The position numbers were made by a program, and so were the translations under genes. A stretch of DNA of 64,000 bases, taken from the NCBI GenBank assembly GCA_913055875.1, contig CAJXJY010000007.1:120959-184958 (forward strand), in the 5' to 3' direction. Below, piece by piece: positions 1 through 8,228 of the stretch. The notes under the pieces were generated by a model. That model had not been told where the DNA came from, made no database searches, and worked only from the letters and a program-made list of their open reading frames with translations. The DNA is from an uncultured Altererythrobacter sp. (GTDB taxonomy: Bacteria > Pseudomonadota > Alphaproteobacteria > Sphingomonadales > Sphingomonadaceae). Numbering within the stretch: the stretch's first letter is position 1; each line of letters opens with the position of its first letter.

Positions 1-1
1 G

Positions 2-2611
2 TTCGTCAATGCCGGCGGCGACGGCACGTTCGACGGCGATATCGCTGCGGCGGATGTGGTCCAGCTCGGTTTCGGAGGCGGGCTGATCGCGCAGGACCTG
101 TTCGCCGGGCAGGGGATCGAAGTCGAGACGGTCGACGATGCCGTGCTGGTGCGCGCCGAGGCGCAGAACGGCGCGGTCAATTTCAACGTCGGCGGCGATA
201 TAGCCGGGGCCGCGATCAGCAATCTGGGGTCGGGGGCCGGGCTCACCGGCGACGATGTCACGCTCAATGCGGGCGGCGATATCGACCTGTCGGCCGATAG
301 CGCGGCGTTCGGCGACTATACGGTCAACGCCGGCGGGGCTGTGCGGGCAGGCGATTTCGTCGCGGGCGGCACGCTCGACATTGCGGCGGACGATGTCGCG
401 ATCAGCGCCGGAATTGCCGACACGATCGCGATCGACAGCGCCAACGATATCCTGTTCGACCTGCTCCGCTCGCCCAATGCGATCGGGCTGGTTGCCAATA
501 ACGGCAGCATCGGCGCCAATACCGGCGCGGGCGATATCGACAGCGACGGCGACGTGACCCTGCTGGCGCAGACGATCGCCATCGGCGATATCCTGTCGGG
601 CGGTTCGGTCGATGCGCAGGCGACCGCCGGCGATGCGTCCTTCGGCACGGTCGAGGCCGCGAACGCCATCGCCATCGCCGCCGTCGGGACGCCGAGCGTG
701 GCCGAGGCGATCAGCGGCGGCGATACGACTATCACCGGCCAGTCGGTGTCGCTCGACAACGGCACGATCGGCGGCGATCTCACCCTCGACGCGACCGCCG
801 GCGATATCGACGGCAACGGGACCGTCACGGTCGGCGGCGGGATCGACTTCGACGCGACAGGCGATGTCGGCTTCGGCAGTCTCGATGCTCAGGGCGGCGA
901 TTTCACCGTCGATGCCGGCGGGGCGATCGCCTTCGTCGGCGCGACGGCGGCGGGGCTGATCGATTTCGACGCGGCCGGCGCGATCACGGGCGAAGACATC
1001 GAAGCCGATGGCGGCGTCGACCTGGCGTCGAGTGGTGGGGGCGATATCGCGGTCACCGGCATGGCGAGCGGCGCCGATATCGCCGCGCAGACGGGGGGCA
1101 GCTTCACCGCGGGGACGGTCGCCGCGAGCCAGGCGGGGAGCGGGCAAGTCGCGATCGCGGCCGCTGGGGGTATCGCGATCGATGTCCTCACCGGCAACGA
1201 CGCGACGCTCGACGCGGCGGGAGGCGCTGTCGCGGTGGCCGGGGATATCGATATCGCCGGCCAGGTCGCGGCGACGGGCCGGTCGGTGCTGCTGCGGTCG
1301 ACCAACGACCTGACCGCTGGCGCGCAGGCGACCGCCGGCGATGTGGATGTGGCGACGACCGGCAATCTCACCGTGCTCGGCGCCAATGCGAGCGGCGACG
1401 TGCTGCTCGGCGGGGCGAATGTGACGCTCGCCGACGATGCAAATGCGGCGGACCTGCTCGATATCGACGCGGCGGGGGTGCTTGCGATCCAGGCCGGCGC
1501 GCAGGGGGCCGATATCGATATCCTCGCCGGCGATATCGCGCTCGCTGCGGGGGGCGCGCTCGGAAGCGCCGCGACCCGGACGATAGCGATCGCATCCAAC
1601 GGCGATATCCTGCTCGGCGGGGCGGGCGGCAGCGGGGCCGGATTCGAGCTCGACAATGCCGAGGCCGCGCGCATCGCCAGCGGCGGCAGCGTCACTGTCT
1701 CCTCGCTCGGCGGGAACATGACTGTCGACGATCTCGATGTCGTCGCCGGGCAGGGCGGCCAGATTGCGACCGGGGGCGTATTGAACCTCGCCGCCAGTGC
1801 CGACATGCTGGTCATCGGCGGTGTTACGGTGGCGGGGGGGACGGCCGATACCGGCCTCGCGCTGACGGCAGGCAATACGCTCCGCATCGACACGGCTGCG
1901 GGCAACCTGCGGGTCGAGGATGCAAACGGCACAGCGACCGGAGCGATCGCGCTTGCCGCACAGCAGGTCCTCGCGGTCAGCGACGCCGCGCTGGCCGATA
2001 TCGCGGGCGCCGCTGTGGAGGATATCGACGCGCGCCTGGCGGAAAACGACGGCGTGATCCGCGACGAGGGTTTCATCCAGGCCTCGGCGCTAACCATCGC
2101 GGCGAGCGCAGGCGTGTTTATCCAGAACAGCGGCGCGGGCGACGATTTCGCCGACCGCCGCGGCTTCGCCGCCGATACGCTGACGATCGCCGCTCCGGCG
2201 GGCGCTGCGGGCGTGCCGGTCGCGATCAACGGCGTCGTCGGCGGGCTGACCGGGATCGACGCGATCGGTGCGGCGCAGGTCGGGCTCGATTTCGACGCCC
2301 TCTCCACCATCAACGGCTGCGTCATCGCCGATCCGGTCTCGTGCACCGTGGTGAACGTCGCCTTCGCCGACCAGAGCCGCGACCTGATCGAGGAGGAAAT
2401 CCGCGCGGACGGTGACGGTGACGGTGCGATGGGCGGGATCGACAGCGTGCTGATTGCTATCCGCGACGGTTCGGGACCGGGCGACGATCCGCTGATCGAC
2501 GACCCCGTGACCGGCGCGGGCAACGAGGATCTGTGGGCCGGGGATCGCGAATGCGATGAGGCCGCCGACGATAGCGGGTTGTGCCCCTCGGACGAGGGCG
2601 AGCCGCAATAG
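2..2611 (+). CDS. Large repetitive Gly/Ala/Asp-rich secreted or surface protein, 5' end outside window
   Basis: Frame is open from nt 2 (no stop before the listed GTG at 56) with the same composition. Degenerate GGD/AGGxI-type repeats throughout, acidic Cys-containing C-terminus. Confidence 0.6.
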   Translation, partial: FVNAGGDGTFDGDIAAADVVQLGFGGGLIAQDLFAGQGIEVETVDDAVLVRAEAQNGAVNFNVGGDIAGAAISNLGSGAGLTGDDVTLNAGGDIDLSADSAAFGDYTVNAGGAVRAGDFVAGGTLDIAADDVAISAGIADTIAIDSANDILFDLLRSPNAIGLVANNGSIGANTGAGDIDSDGDVTLLAQTIAIGDILSGGSVDAQATAGDASFGTVEAANAIAIAAVGTPSVAEAISGGDTTITGQSVSLDNGTIGGDLTLDATAGDIDGNGTVTVGGGIDFDATGDVGFGSLDAQGGDFTVDAGGAIAFVGATAAGLIDFDAAGAITGEDIEADGGVDLASSGGGDIAVTGMASGADIAAQTGGSFTAGTVAASQAGSGQVAIAAAGGIAIDVLTGNDATLDAAGGAVAVAGDIDIAGQVAATGRSVLLRSTNDLTAGAQATAGDVDVATTGNLTVLGANASGDVLLGGANVTLADDANAADLLDIDAAGVLAIQAGAQGADIDILAGDIALAAGGALGSAATRTIAIASNGDILLGGAGGSGAGFELDNAEAARIASGGSVTVSSLGGNMTVDDLDVVAGQGGQIATGGVLNLAASADMLVIGGVTVAGGTADTGLALTAGNTLRIDTAAGNLRVEDANGTATGAIALAAQQVLAVSDAALADIAGAAVEDIDARLAENDGVIRDEGFIQASALTIAASAGVFIQNSGAGDDFADRRGFAADTLTIAAPAGAAGVPVAINGVVGGLTGIDAIGAAQVGLDFDALSTINGCVIADPVSCTVVNVAFADQSRDLIEEEIRADGDGDGAMGGIDSVLIAIRDGSGPGDDPLIDDPVTGAGNEDLWAGDRECDEAADDSGLCPSDEGEPQ

Positions 2612-2678
2612 CGCCGGCAGGCGTCGCGCCGCCTTCGCGCTTGACCCGCCGCCCGCCGCCCGTGCACAGCGCCTCGCC

Positions 2679-4154
2679 ATGTCCGACACGCCCCTCAAGC
2701 TGTTCAACAGCCTGACCCGCCGCCTCGAACGCTTCGAGCCCGTCCATCCCGGCGAGGCGCGCGTCTATACCTGCGGACCGACGGTCTACAACTACCCGCA
2801 TATCGGCAATATGCGCGCCTACGTCTTCGCCGACGTGCTCGGGCGCACGCTGAGTTGGAAGGGCTACAAGCTCACGCACGTCATCAACATCACCGATGTC
2901 GGCCATTTGACCGACGATGCCGATGCGGGCGAGGACAAGCTCGAAAAGGCGGCGGCGGAGAAAGCGCAGTCGATCTGGGAGATCGCGCGGCACTACACCG
3001 AGGCCTATTGGGCCGACGTAAAGGCGCTCAATATCCGCAAACCGGCCAAGTGGTCGGTGGCGACCGACTATATCGACGAGATGATCGATTTCGTGCGGTC
3101 GATTCCCGAAAAACACCTCTACGAGATCGAAAGCGGCCTCTATTTCGACGTTTCCACGATCGAGGACTACGGTCGCCTGGCCCGCGCGGTGACCGAAGAG
3201 GGCGAAGGTCGGATCGAGACCGTCCAGGGCAAGCGCAATCCCGCCGATTTCGCCATCTGGCGCAAGACACCTGCCGGAGAAAACCGGCAGATGGAATGGG
3301 ACTCGCCGTGGGGGAAGGGAGCGCCCGGCTGGCACCTCGAATGCTCGGTCATGGGTTGGGACCTGCTCGGTTTTCCGTTCGATATCCATACCGGCGGGAT
3401 CGACCACCGCGAAATCCACCATCCCAACGAGATCGCGCAGAACCAGGCGTTTTGCGGCTACAAGTGTCTAGACGAAGCGAGCAAGTCGGGTGCGAACCTC
3501 TGGATGCACAACAATTTTCTCGTTGAGCGCTCGGGGAAGATGTCGAAGTCTTCGGGCGAGTTCCTGCGGCTGCAATTGCTGATCGACAAGGGCTACCATC
3601 CGCTCGCCTACCGCATGATGTGCCTCCAGGCGCACTACCGCAGCGAGCTGGAGTTTTCGTGGGAGGGACTACAGGCGGCGCTGGTACGGCTCAAGAGGAT
3701 CGTCAACAAGACTGAGGGCTTCCAGATGCCGCCCGGCGGCGTCCGACCTTCGCATCCCCGAGTCCAACCGATTCTCGACAAGTTCGACGCAGCTATGGCG
3801 GACGACCTCAATACTCCTGTCGCGCTGACCGCCTTGGAAGAGGCTCTGGCCCTGAAGAAGGTTGGAGAAGATTCGTTGGTCGAAGCCGTCGCATACATGG
3901 ATCGCGTGCTGGGACTCAGCCTGTCTCCGACTGGCACGAGGGACGAACTCGATCGCGTCGCGCTGCGGATACGTCCGAAAGATGCCGAGTTCACCGAAGC
4001 CGAAATCGAAGTTGCCCTTGCTCGCCGCAAGGAAGCGCGCGCGGCGAAGGATTTCGCCACTTCCGACTCGATCCGCGATGACCTCGCCGCCAAGGGCGTC
4101 GAAGTGATGGACGGCGACCCGCTCGGTTGGGAGTGGAAGCTGTCGGCGGACTAG
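2679..4154 (+). CDS. cysS: Cysteine--tRNA ligase
   Basis: MSDTPLKLFNSLTR..., HIGN (HIGH-type) and KMSKS motifs. ATG at 2679 chosen over the upstream in-frame start. Confidence 0.95.
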   Translation: MSDTPLKLFNSLTRRLERFEPVHPGEARVYTCGPTVYNYPHIGNMRAYVFADVLGRTLSWKGYKLTHVINITDVGHLTDDADAGEDKLEKAAAEKAQSIWEIARHYTEAYWADVKALNIRKPAKWSVATDYIDEMIDFVRSIPEKHLYEIESGLYFDVSTIEDYGRLARAVTEEGEGRIETVQGKRNPADFAIWRKTPAGENRQMEWDSPWGKGAPGWHLECSVMGWDLLGFPFDIHTGGIDHREIHHPNEIAQNQAFCGYKCLDEASKSGANLWMHNNFLVERSGKMSKSSGEFLRLQLLIDKGYHPLAYRMMCLQAHYRSELEFSWEGLQAALVRLKRIVNKTEGFQMPPGGVRPSHPRVQPILDKFDAAMADDLNTPVALTALEEALALKKVGEDSLVEAVAYMDRVLGLSLSPTGTRDELDRVALRIRPKDAEFTEAEIEVALARRKEARAAKDFATSDSIRDDLAAKGVEVMDGDPLGWEWKLSAD

Positions 4155-4155
4155 G

Positions 4156-4213
4156 CCCCTCCGTCGGATGCTGGCGCATCCGCCACCTCCCCATCGCAAG
4201 TCGATGGGGAGGA
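4156..4213. repeat. 58-bp double-hairpin repeat, copy A (direct repeat of 4673-4730)
   Basis: 57/58 identical to 4673-4730. Contains hairpins GGATGC-n4-GCATCC and CTCCCCATCG-n5-CGATGGGGAG. A third related hairpin lies at about 4234-4262. Confidence 0.9.
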
Positions 4214-4296
4214 AAGAGGTTGCGGCTTCGCTATCCTCCCCATCGTCTTGCGATGGGGAGGGGGACCGCCCGCGCAGCGGGTGGTGGAGGGGCAGG

Positions 4297-4749
4297 GTGA
4301 AACGCCCGCCCAAGCCCGCACGCACGATCCGCCGCGCCAGGCGGTTGCGGCGTAAGCTGTCGCCTGCGGAAGTGTTGCTGTGGCAGCGTCTGAAGGGTTC
4401 GCCCGGCGGGCTGCGTTTCCGTAAGCAGCACGCCGCGGGCGATTTCGTGCTCGACTTCTTCTGCGCCCGGGCGAACCTGGCAATCGAAGTCGACGGCGAT
4501 GCGCACGATATGGGCGATCGGCCCGAGCGCGACGCGGCGCGCGATGCGTGGCTGCGCGAGCATCGGATCGAGACATTGCGGATTCCGGCCCGGCAGGTCT
4601 TTGCCGATCCTGCCGCCACCGCCGAGGCGATTGTCGCAGCCGCACGGGAGCGCATGATTGCCTTCGGTAAAACCCCTCCGTCGGATGCTGACGCATCCGC
4701 CACCTCCCCATCGCAAGTCGATGGGGAGGATGATAGAGACCGCACATGA
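4297..4749 (+). CDS. DUF559 (Vsr-like) endonuclease-domain protein
   Basis: RRLRRKLSPAEVLLWQRL...FRKQHAAGDFVLDFFC...LAIEVDGDAH signature. GTG at 4297 chosen because the upstream part of the ORF is repeat sequence. Stop overlaps the next ATG (ATGA). Confidence 0.75.
   Translation: MKRPPKPARTIRRARRLRRKLSPAEVLLWQRLKGSPGGLRFRKQHAAGDFVLDFFCARANLAIEVDGDAHDMGDRPERDAARDAWLREHRIETLRIPARQVFADPAATAEAIVAAARERMIAFGKTPPSDADASATSPSQVDGEDDRDRT
4673..4730. repeat. 58-bp double-hairpin repeat, copy B
   Basis: Direct repeat of 4156-4213. Lies inside the 3' end of the DUF559 ORF. Confidence 0.9.
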
Positions 4750-5684
4750 CCAAAGCCGCTCTCTCCGCCCTGATCCGACCGCTGGTCGAGCCGCGCCTGC
4801 CCGACTGGGTCGAGCCGCACTGGTTCATGAGCAGGGAGGAAGCGCTCGAAGTCGCACCCACCGCCGAGATCGGCTGGTTCGACTTCAACGAGAAGGCGCC
4901 GATGGTCGAGACCGTCCGCGCGGCGGAAAACCTCAAATGGCTCAACTCGATCTATGCCGGGCTCGATTTCCTGCCGCTCGACCTGCTGCGCGAGCGCGGG
5001 ACGGTGGTCACCAACGGCGCCGGGATCAACGCGATCACCATCGCCGAATACGTCGTCATGCTGATGCTCGCGCATGCCAAGGGCTACCGCGACGTCGTGC
5101 GCGCGCAGGACCGGCACGAATGGCTGCTCGACAGCCCCGGCAAGCGCGAGCTCGCGGGCGAGCGCGTGCTGCTGCTCGGCCTCGGCGCGATCGGCGGGTT
5201 GATCAAGGCGCGGCTCGAAGCCTTCGACATGGAGGTGGTGCCGGTACGTCGCTCGGGTGGCGAGGGCGCGTTGCGGCCTGACGAATGGCGCGGGCGGCTG
5301 GACGAGTTCGACTGGGTGGTGCTGGCCGTACCGTCGACCCCGGAAACGGTGAACATGATCGGCGCCGACGAGTTGGCGGCGATGAAATCGACCGCCGTGC
5401 TGGTCAATATCGCGCGCGGCGACGTGGTCGACCAGGACGCGCTGGTCGAGGCGTTGCAGGCGAAAGCGATCGAGGCCGCGCTGCTCGACGTGACCACTCC
5501 CGAGCCGCTGCCCGAGGATCACCCGCTATGGTCGCTCGACAACGCGCAGGTGACGATGCACCTGTCGGGGCGCGCACAGACGAAGATGTTCCAGCGCTCG
5601 GCCGACCGCTTCATCGAGAATCTCGACCGCTGGCATCGCGGCGAGCCGGTCGAACCGCGGCTGGACCTGACGCTGGGCTATTGA
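4746..5684 (+). CDS. D-2-hydroxyacid dehydrogenase family, NAD-binding
   Basis: GLGAIGG Rossmann motif, NIARG...D and later His typical of the D-isomer-specific 2-hydroxyacid dehydrogenase family. Confidence 0.8.
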   Translation: MTKAALSALIRPLVEPRLPDWVEPHWFMSREEALEVAPTAEIGWFDFNEKAPMVETVRAAENLKWLNSIYAGLDFLPLDLLRERGTVVTNGAGINAITIAEYVVMLMLAHAKGYRDVVRAQDRHEWLLDSPGKRELAGERVLLLGLGAIGGLIKARLEAFDMEVVPVRRSGGEGALRPDEWRGRLDEFDWVVLAVPSTPETVNMIGADELAAMKSTAVLVNIARGDVVDQDALVEALQAKAIEAALLDVTTPEPLPEDHPLWSLDNAQVTMHLSGRAQTKMFQRSADRFIENLDRWHRGEPVEPRLDLTLGY

Positions 5685-5714
5685 CCGGCGGGTTTTGCGC
5701 GACCCGGCACCGGC

Positions 5715-6416
5715 TCAGGGCCGTGGCACGATCACCAGTTCGTAGGGGATGTAAAGCAGCACCTCGCCCGGGCCCGAGCGCGCCCATTGCACCGGCATGT
5801 TGAGCCCGGTCAGCTCGACCGCATAGCCGTCGCCGACCGTGGCCGCGGTGCGGCGCGCATCCTCCGCCACCTTGGCGATGATCGCGCCGCGATGGCTGTC
5901 GGGCCCGACCACCGACAGCGTCGGATCGCCGAGCGTGTCCATCTGCGCGCGGCCGACTTCGGGCACCGCATCGACGAAAGAGTCGATCGCCGCCTGCGCC
6001 TGCGCCACCGGGCGCTCGCCGAGCGGTGCCTTGACGAGAAAATTGATCCGCTGGCTGTCGGGACGGTAGTCGTTGGCGAGTTCGAGGTCGTCGATATTCT
6101 CGCGCGTCAGCCGGGTCAGGATGTAGTCGCCGAAAGCGAGTTCGACCCCGTTGCGCGCCGCCATCTCAACCGCCCGTGCGAGCATCGCCCGGATCTCCCG
6201 CTCGCGCTCGACCGGGTCGCGGGTGTCGCCGCGGATCGCGACCTGCTGGACCAGGAAGTCGGCGTTCATCCGCAGTCCGACCGAAGGCATCCGGTCGGAA
6301 TAGTCGTCCTGCTCGATCCGCGAGCCGGTGACCATGATCTCGGCCGATTCGAGATCCTGCGCGGCCAGCGGCGGACAGAGGGCGGCGGCGAGTGCGGCGA
6401 GGAGCAGTTTGCGCAT
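5715..6416 (-). CDS. Secreted hypothetical protein
   Basis: Signal peptide MRKLLLAALAAALCPPLAAQ. GC-rich third codon positions. No family recognised. Confidence 0.6.
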   Translation of the reverse strand: MRKLLLAALAAALCPPLAAQDLESAEIMVTGSRIEQDDYSDRMPSVGLRMNADFLVQQVAIRGDTRDPVEREREIRAMLARAVEMAARNGVELAFGDYILTRLTRENIDDLELANDYRPDSQRINFLVKAPLGERPVAQAQAAIDSFVDAVPEVGRAQMDTLGDPTLSVVGPDSHRGAIIAKVAEDARRTAATVGDGYAVELTGLNMPVQWARSGPGEVLLYIPYELVIVPRP

Positions 6417-6476
6417 GCGACGTTCCTTTCCCTTGACCTGCCGATGTCTACGCCACGCGGCGGCGCGGTCAATCTC

Positions 6477-6842
6477 CTACGCGTCCTCGAGCAGCAGGAC
6501 TTCACATTCGACCAGCAGGCGCGGGTGGGGCAGCAGTTCGTGCTCGACCGCAGCGACGGTGGCGTCGGCGACCAACTGTCCGGGTATCGCGAATTCGTGC
6601 TCGGGCAGGTCGGCAATCAGGCCTTCGCCCGCCTCGACCGCGCCATCGCCATCGAACACCAGCCGCATGATGTGCCGCGTGCCCGCGAAGGTGATACTCG
6701 CCCATGCTTTCTCGACGTGGTGGACGATATCGCCATGGCCACCGGCCAGCGCGCGCACCGCGTCGCGCAGCTTTTCGGCGACCGATCGCGGCTGCCTGCG
6801 TGCGGTATTCGTGGCATCGGGCGACAGAAAATCAGCGCGCAT
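6477..6842 (-). CDS. Hypothetical protein, second gene of a small operon divergent from the S24 repressor
   Basis: 121-aa ORF whose ATG overlaps the upstream 62-aa gene by 11 nt. No recognisable domain. Confidence 0.5.
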   Translation of the reverse strand: MRADFLSPDATNTARRQPRSVAEKLRDAVRALAGGHGDIVHHVEKAWASITFAGTRHIMRLVFDGDGAVEAGEGLIADLPEHEFAIPGQLVADATVAAVEHELLPHPRLLVECEVLLLEDA

Positions 6843-7020
6843 CGCATTGCTCCCGGAATATGTTCATGAAATGTTCCACTCGCTTTTCCATTCGCCGGCG
6901 CGGCATGCGGCCGTTGCGCAGGTCGAGGACGAAGCGCGGATCGTTGGTCGCAAGGCGCCCGAACTTGGTCGCGGGCATGTCGTGCTCGCGCAGGAATTTC
7001 TCGATTGTCCGTATCAGCAT
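6832..7020 (-). CDS. Small basic hypothetical protein, possible Cro-like DNA binder
   Basis: 62 aa, MLIRTIEKFLREHDMPATKFGRLATNDPRFVLDLRNGR. Divergent from the CI-like repressor. Confidence 0.5.
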   Translation of the reverse strand: MLIRTIEKFLREHDMPATKFGRLATNDPRFVLDLRNGRMPRRRMEKRVEHFMNIFREQCDAR

Positions 7021-7075
7021 GGAATCCTCTGTTGGCAGGTCGAGTCGCTGTCCGTGCCGCGAGTCGTCGCAAGCG

Positions 7076-7119
7076 AAATCCTACTTGTCTAGGAAAATTC
7101 CTACGTATATATAGGAAAT
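7076..7119. promoter_or_regulatory. Operator-like cluster of four alternating TCCTA/TAGGA half sites
   Basis: TCCTA 7079-7083, TAGGA 7090-7094, TCCTA 7099-7103, TAGGA 7112-7116. AT-rich, ends 3 nt before the repressor ATG. Confidence 0.55.
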
Positions 7120-7776
7120 ATGGATAACCGAAGCGATACCCCCGAGCCCCGCCGGCGCCTGCTCGATCTGGCGCGCGAAAGCGGGGCGAGCCTTGCCGGC
7201 CTGTCCGAGCTGATCGGGCGCAACCCGAGCTACTTGCAGCAATTTATCCGCAAGGGCAGCCCGCGTCGGCTGGAGGAGCGCGATCGCCGGATCCTTGCCG
7301 AGTTCCTCGGCGTCGCCGAATCCGAACTCGGTGCGCCCGAAGAAAAATCCTACAATCCTGGAGAAAAACCGCCGCAGGACTGGTCCGAAGTATCGCGGCT
7401 TGCGCTGGGCGCTTCGGCCGGGCCGGGGGCTTTCGCCGGTGACGAAGGTGCCTTCGACACGATCCGCTTCTCGCGCCGCTGGCTGCGCGAGATGGGACTG
7501 GAGGGCGCCGACCTCAGCGCGATCCGGGTCGAGGGCGACAGCATGGAGCCGCTGCTGCGCTCGGGCGACGAGATTTTCGTCGACCGGAACAAGCGCGCGG
7601 GCGAGGGTATCTTCGTCGTCCGTATCGGCGATGCGCTCCACGTCAAGCAGGTCCAGGCGAGCGCGCCCGGCCGTATCGCGCTGATCAGCGCCAATGAGGC
7701 CTACGCGCCGATCGAACTCGCGCGCGAGGAGGTCGAGGTGATCGGAAGGGTGGTGTGGAAGGGAGGGCGGGTGTGA
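7120..7776 (+). CDS. XRE-family HTH plus S24 peptidase repressor (CI/LexA-like)
   Basis: N-terminal HTH. C-terminal VEGDSMEPLL...HVKQV gives the Ser/Lys dyad of self-cleaving S24 repressors. Confidence 0.85.
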   Translation: MDNRSDTPEPRRRLLDLARESGASLAGLSELIGRNPSYLQQFIRKGSPRRLEERDRRILAEFLGVAESELGAPEEKSYNPGEKPPQDWSEVSRLALGASAGPGAFAGDEGAFDTIRFSRRWLREMGLEGADLSAIRVEGDSMEPLLRSGDEIFVDRNKRAGEGIFVVRIGDALHVKQVQASAPGRIALISANEAYAPIELAREEVEVIGRVVWKGGRV

Positions 7777-7796
7777 TACGCCGCTCCTTCCCCAAA

Positions 7797-7824
7797 CCGT
7801 CATCCCAGCGAAAGCTGGGATCTC
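7797..7824. repeat. Hairpin repeat (CGTCATCCCAG...CTGGGATCTC), left inverted repeat of the GIY-YIG unit
   Basis: Exact reverse complement of 8140-8167 (28/28). Confidence 0.9.
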
Positions 7825-7849
7825 TCTCCACGCTCCCCGACGCCGGCTG

Positions 7850-8137
7850 ATGGGCGGTTGGGTGTATATCCTGACGAACAAGCCGCACGGTGTTCTCTAC
7901 ACCGGTGTGACAGCCGACCTTGCGGCTCGTATGATCCAGCACCGGGAGGGCAAGGGTTCAGCATTCTGCCGCCGCTACGGGATCAAGCGCCTCGTCCATG
8001 CCGAGCCGTTCGAGAGGATCGAGGACGCGATCGCGCGCGAGAAAGCGATCAAGGCGTGGAAGCGCGCTTGGAAGGTCGAGTTGATCGAAAAGGAAAACCC
8101 GGATTGGGACGATCTCTTCGACGTCATCCTGGGCTGA
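7850..8137 (+). CDS. GIY-YIG nuclease family protein (small, URI-domain only)
   Basis: WVYILTNKPHGVLYTGVT...R...H motif of GIY-YIG. 95 aa. Confidence 0.85.
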   Translation: MGGWVYILTNKPHGVLYTGVTADLAARMIQHREGKGSAFCRRYGIKRLVHAEPFERIEDAIAREKAIKAWKRAWKVELIEKENPDWDDLFDVILG

Positions 8138-8139
8138 GG

Positions 8140-8167
8140 GAGATCCCAGCTTTCGCTGGGATGACGG
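8140..8167. repeat. Hairpin repeat, right inverted repeat of the GIY-YIG unit
   Basis: Exact reverse complement of 7797-7824. Confidence 0.9.
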
Positions 8168-8228
8168 CTATCAAGTGAAGGACGGCTTTCGGGCAGATGA
8201 CGGGTATTGGGTTGCACCGCTTCGTTGA

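Noticed and set aside
889-5522. Long minus-strand ORFs 889..2667 and 3669..5522
   Set aside because: Antisense to the repetitive surface protein, cysS, DUF559 and the dehydrogenase. No motifs, and Ser/Pro/Arg-rich composition.
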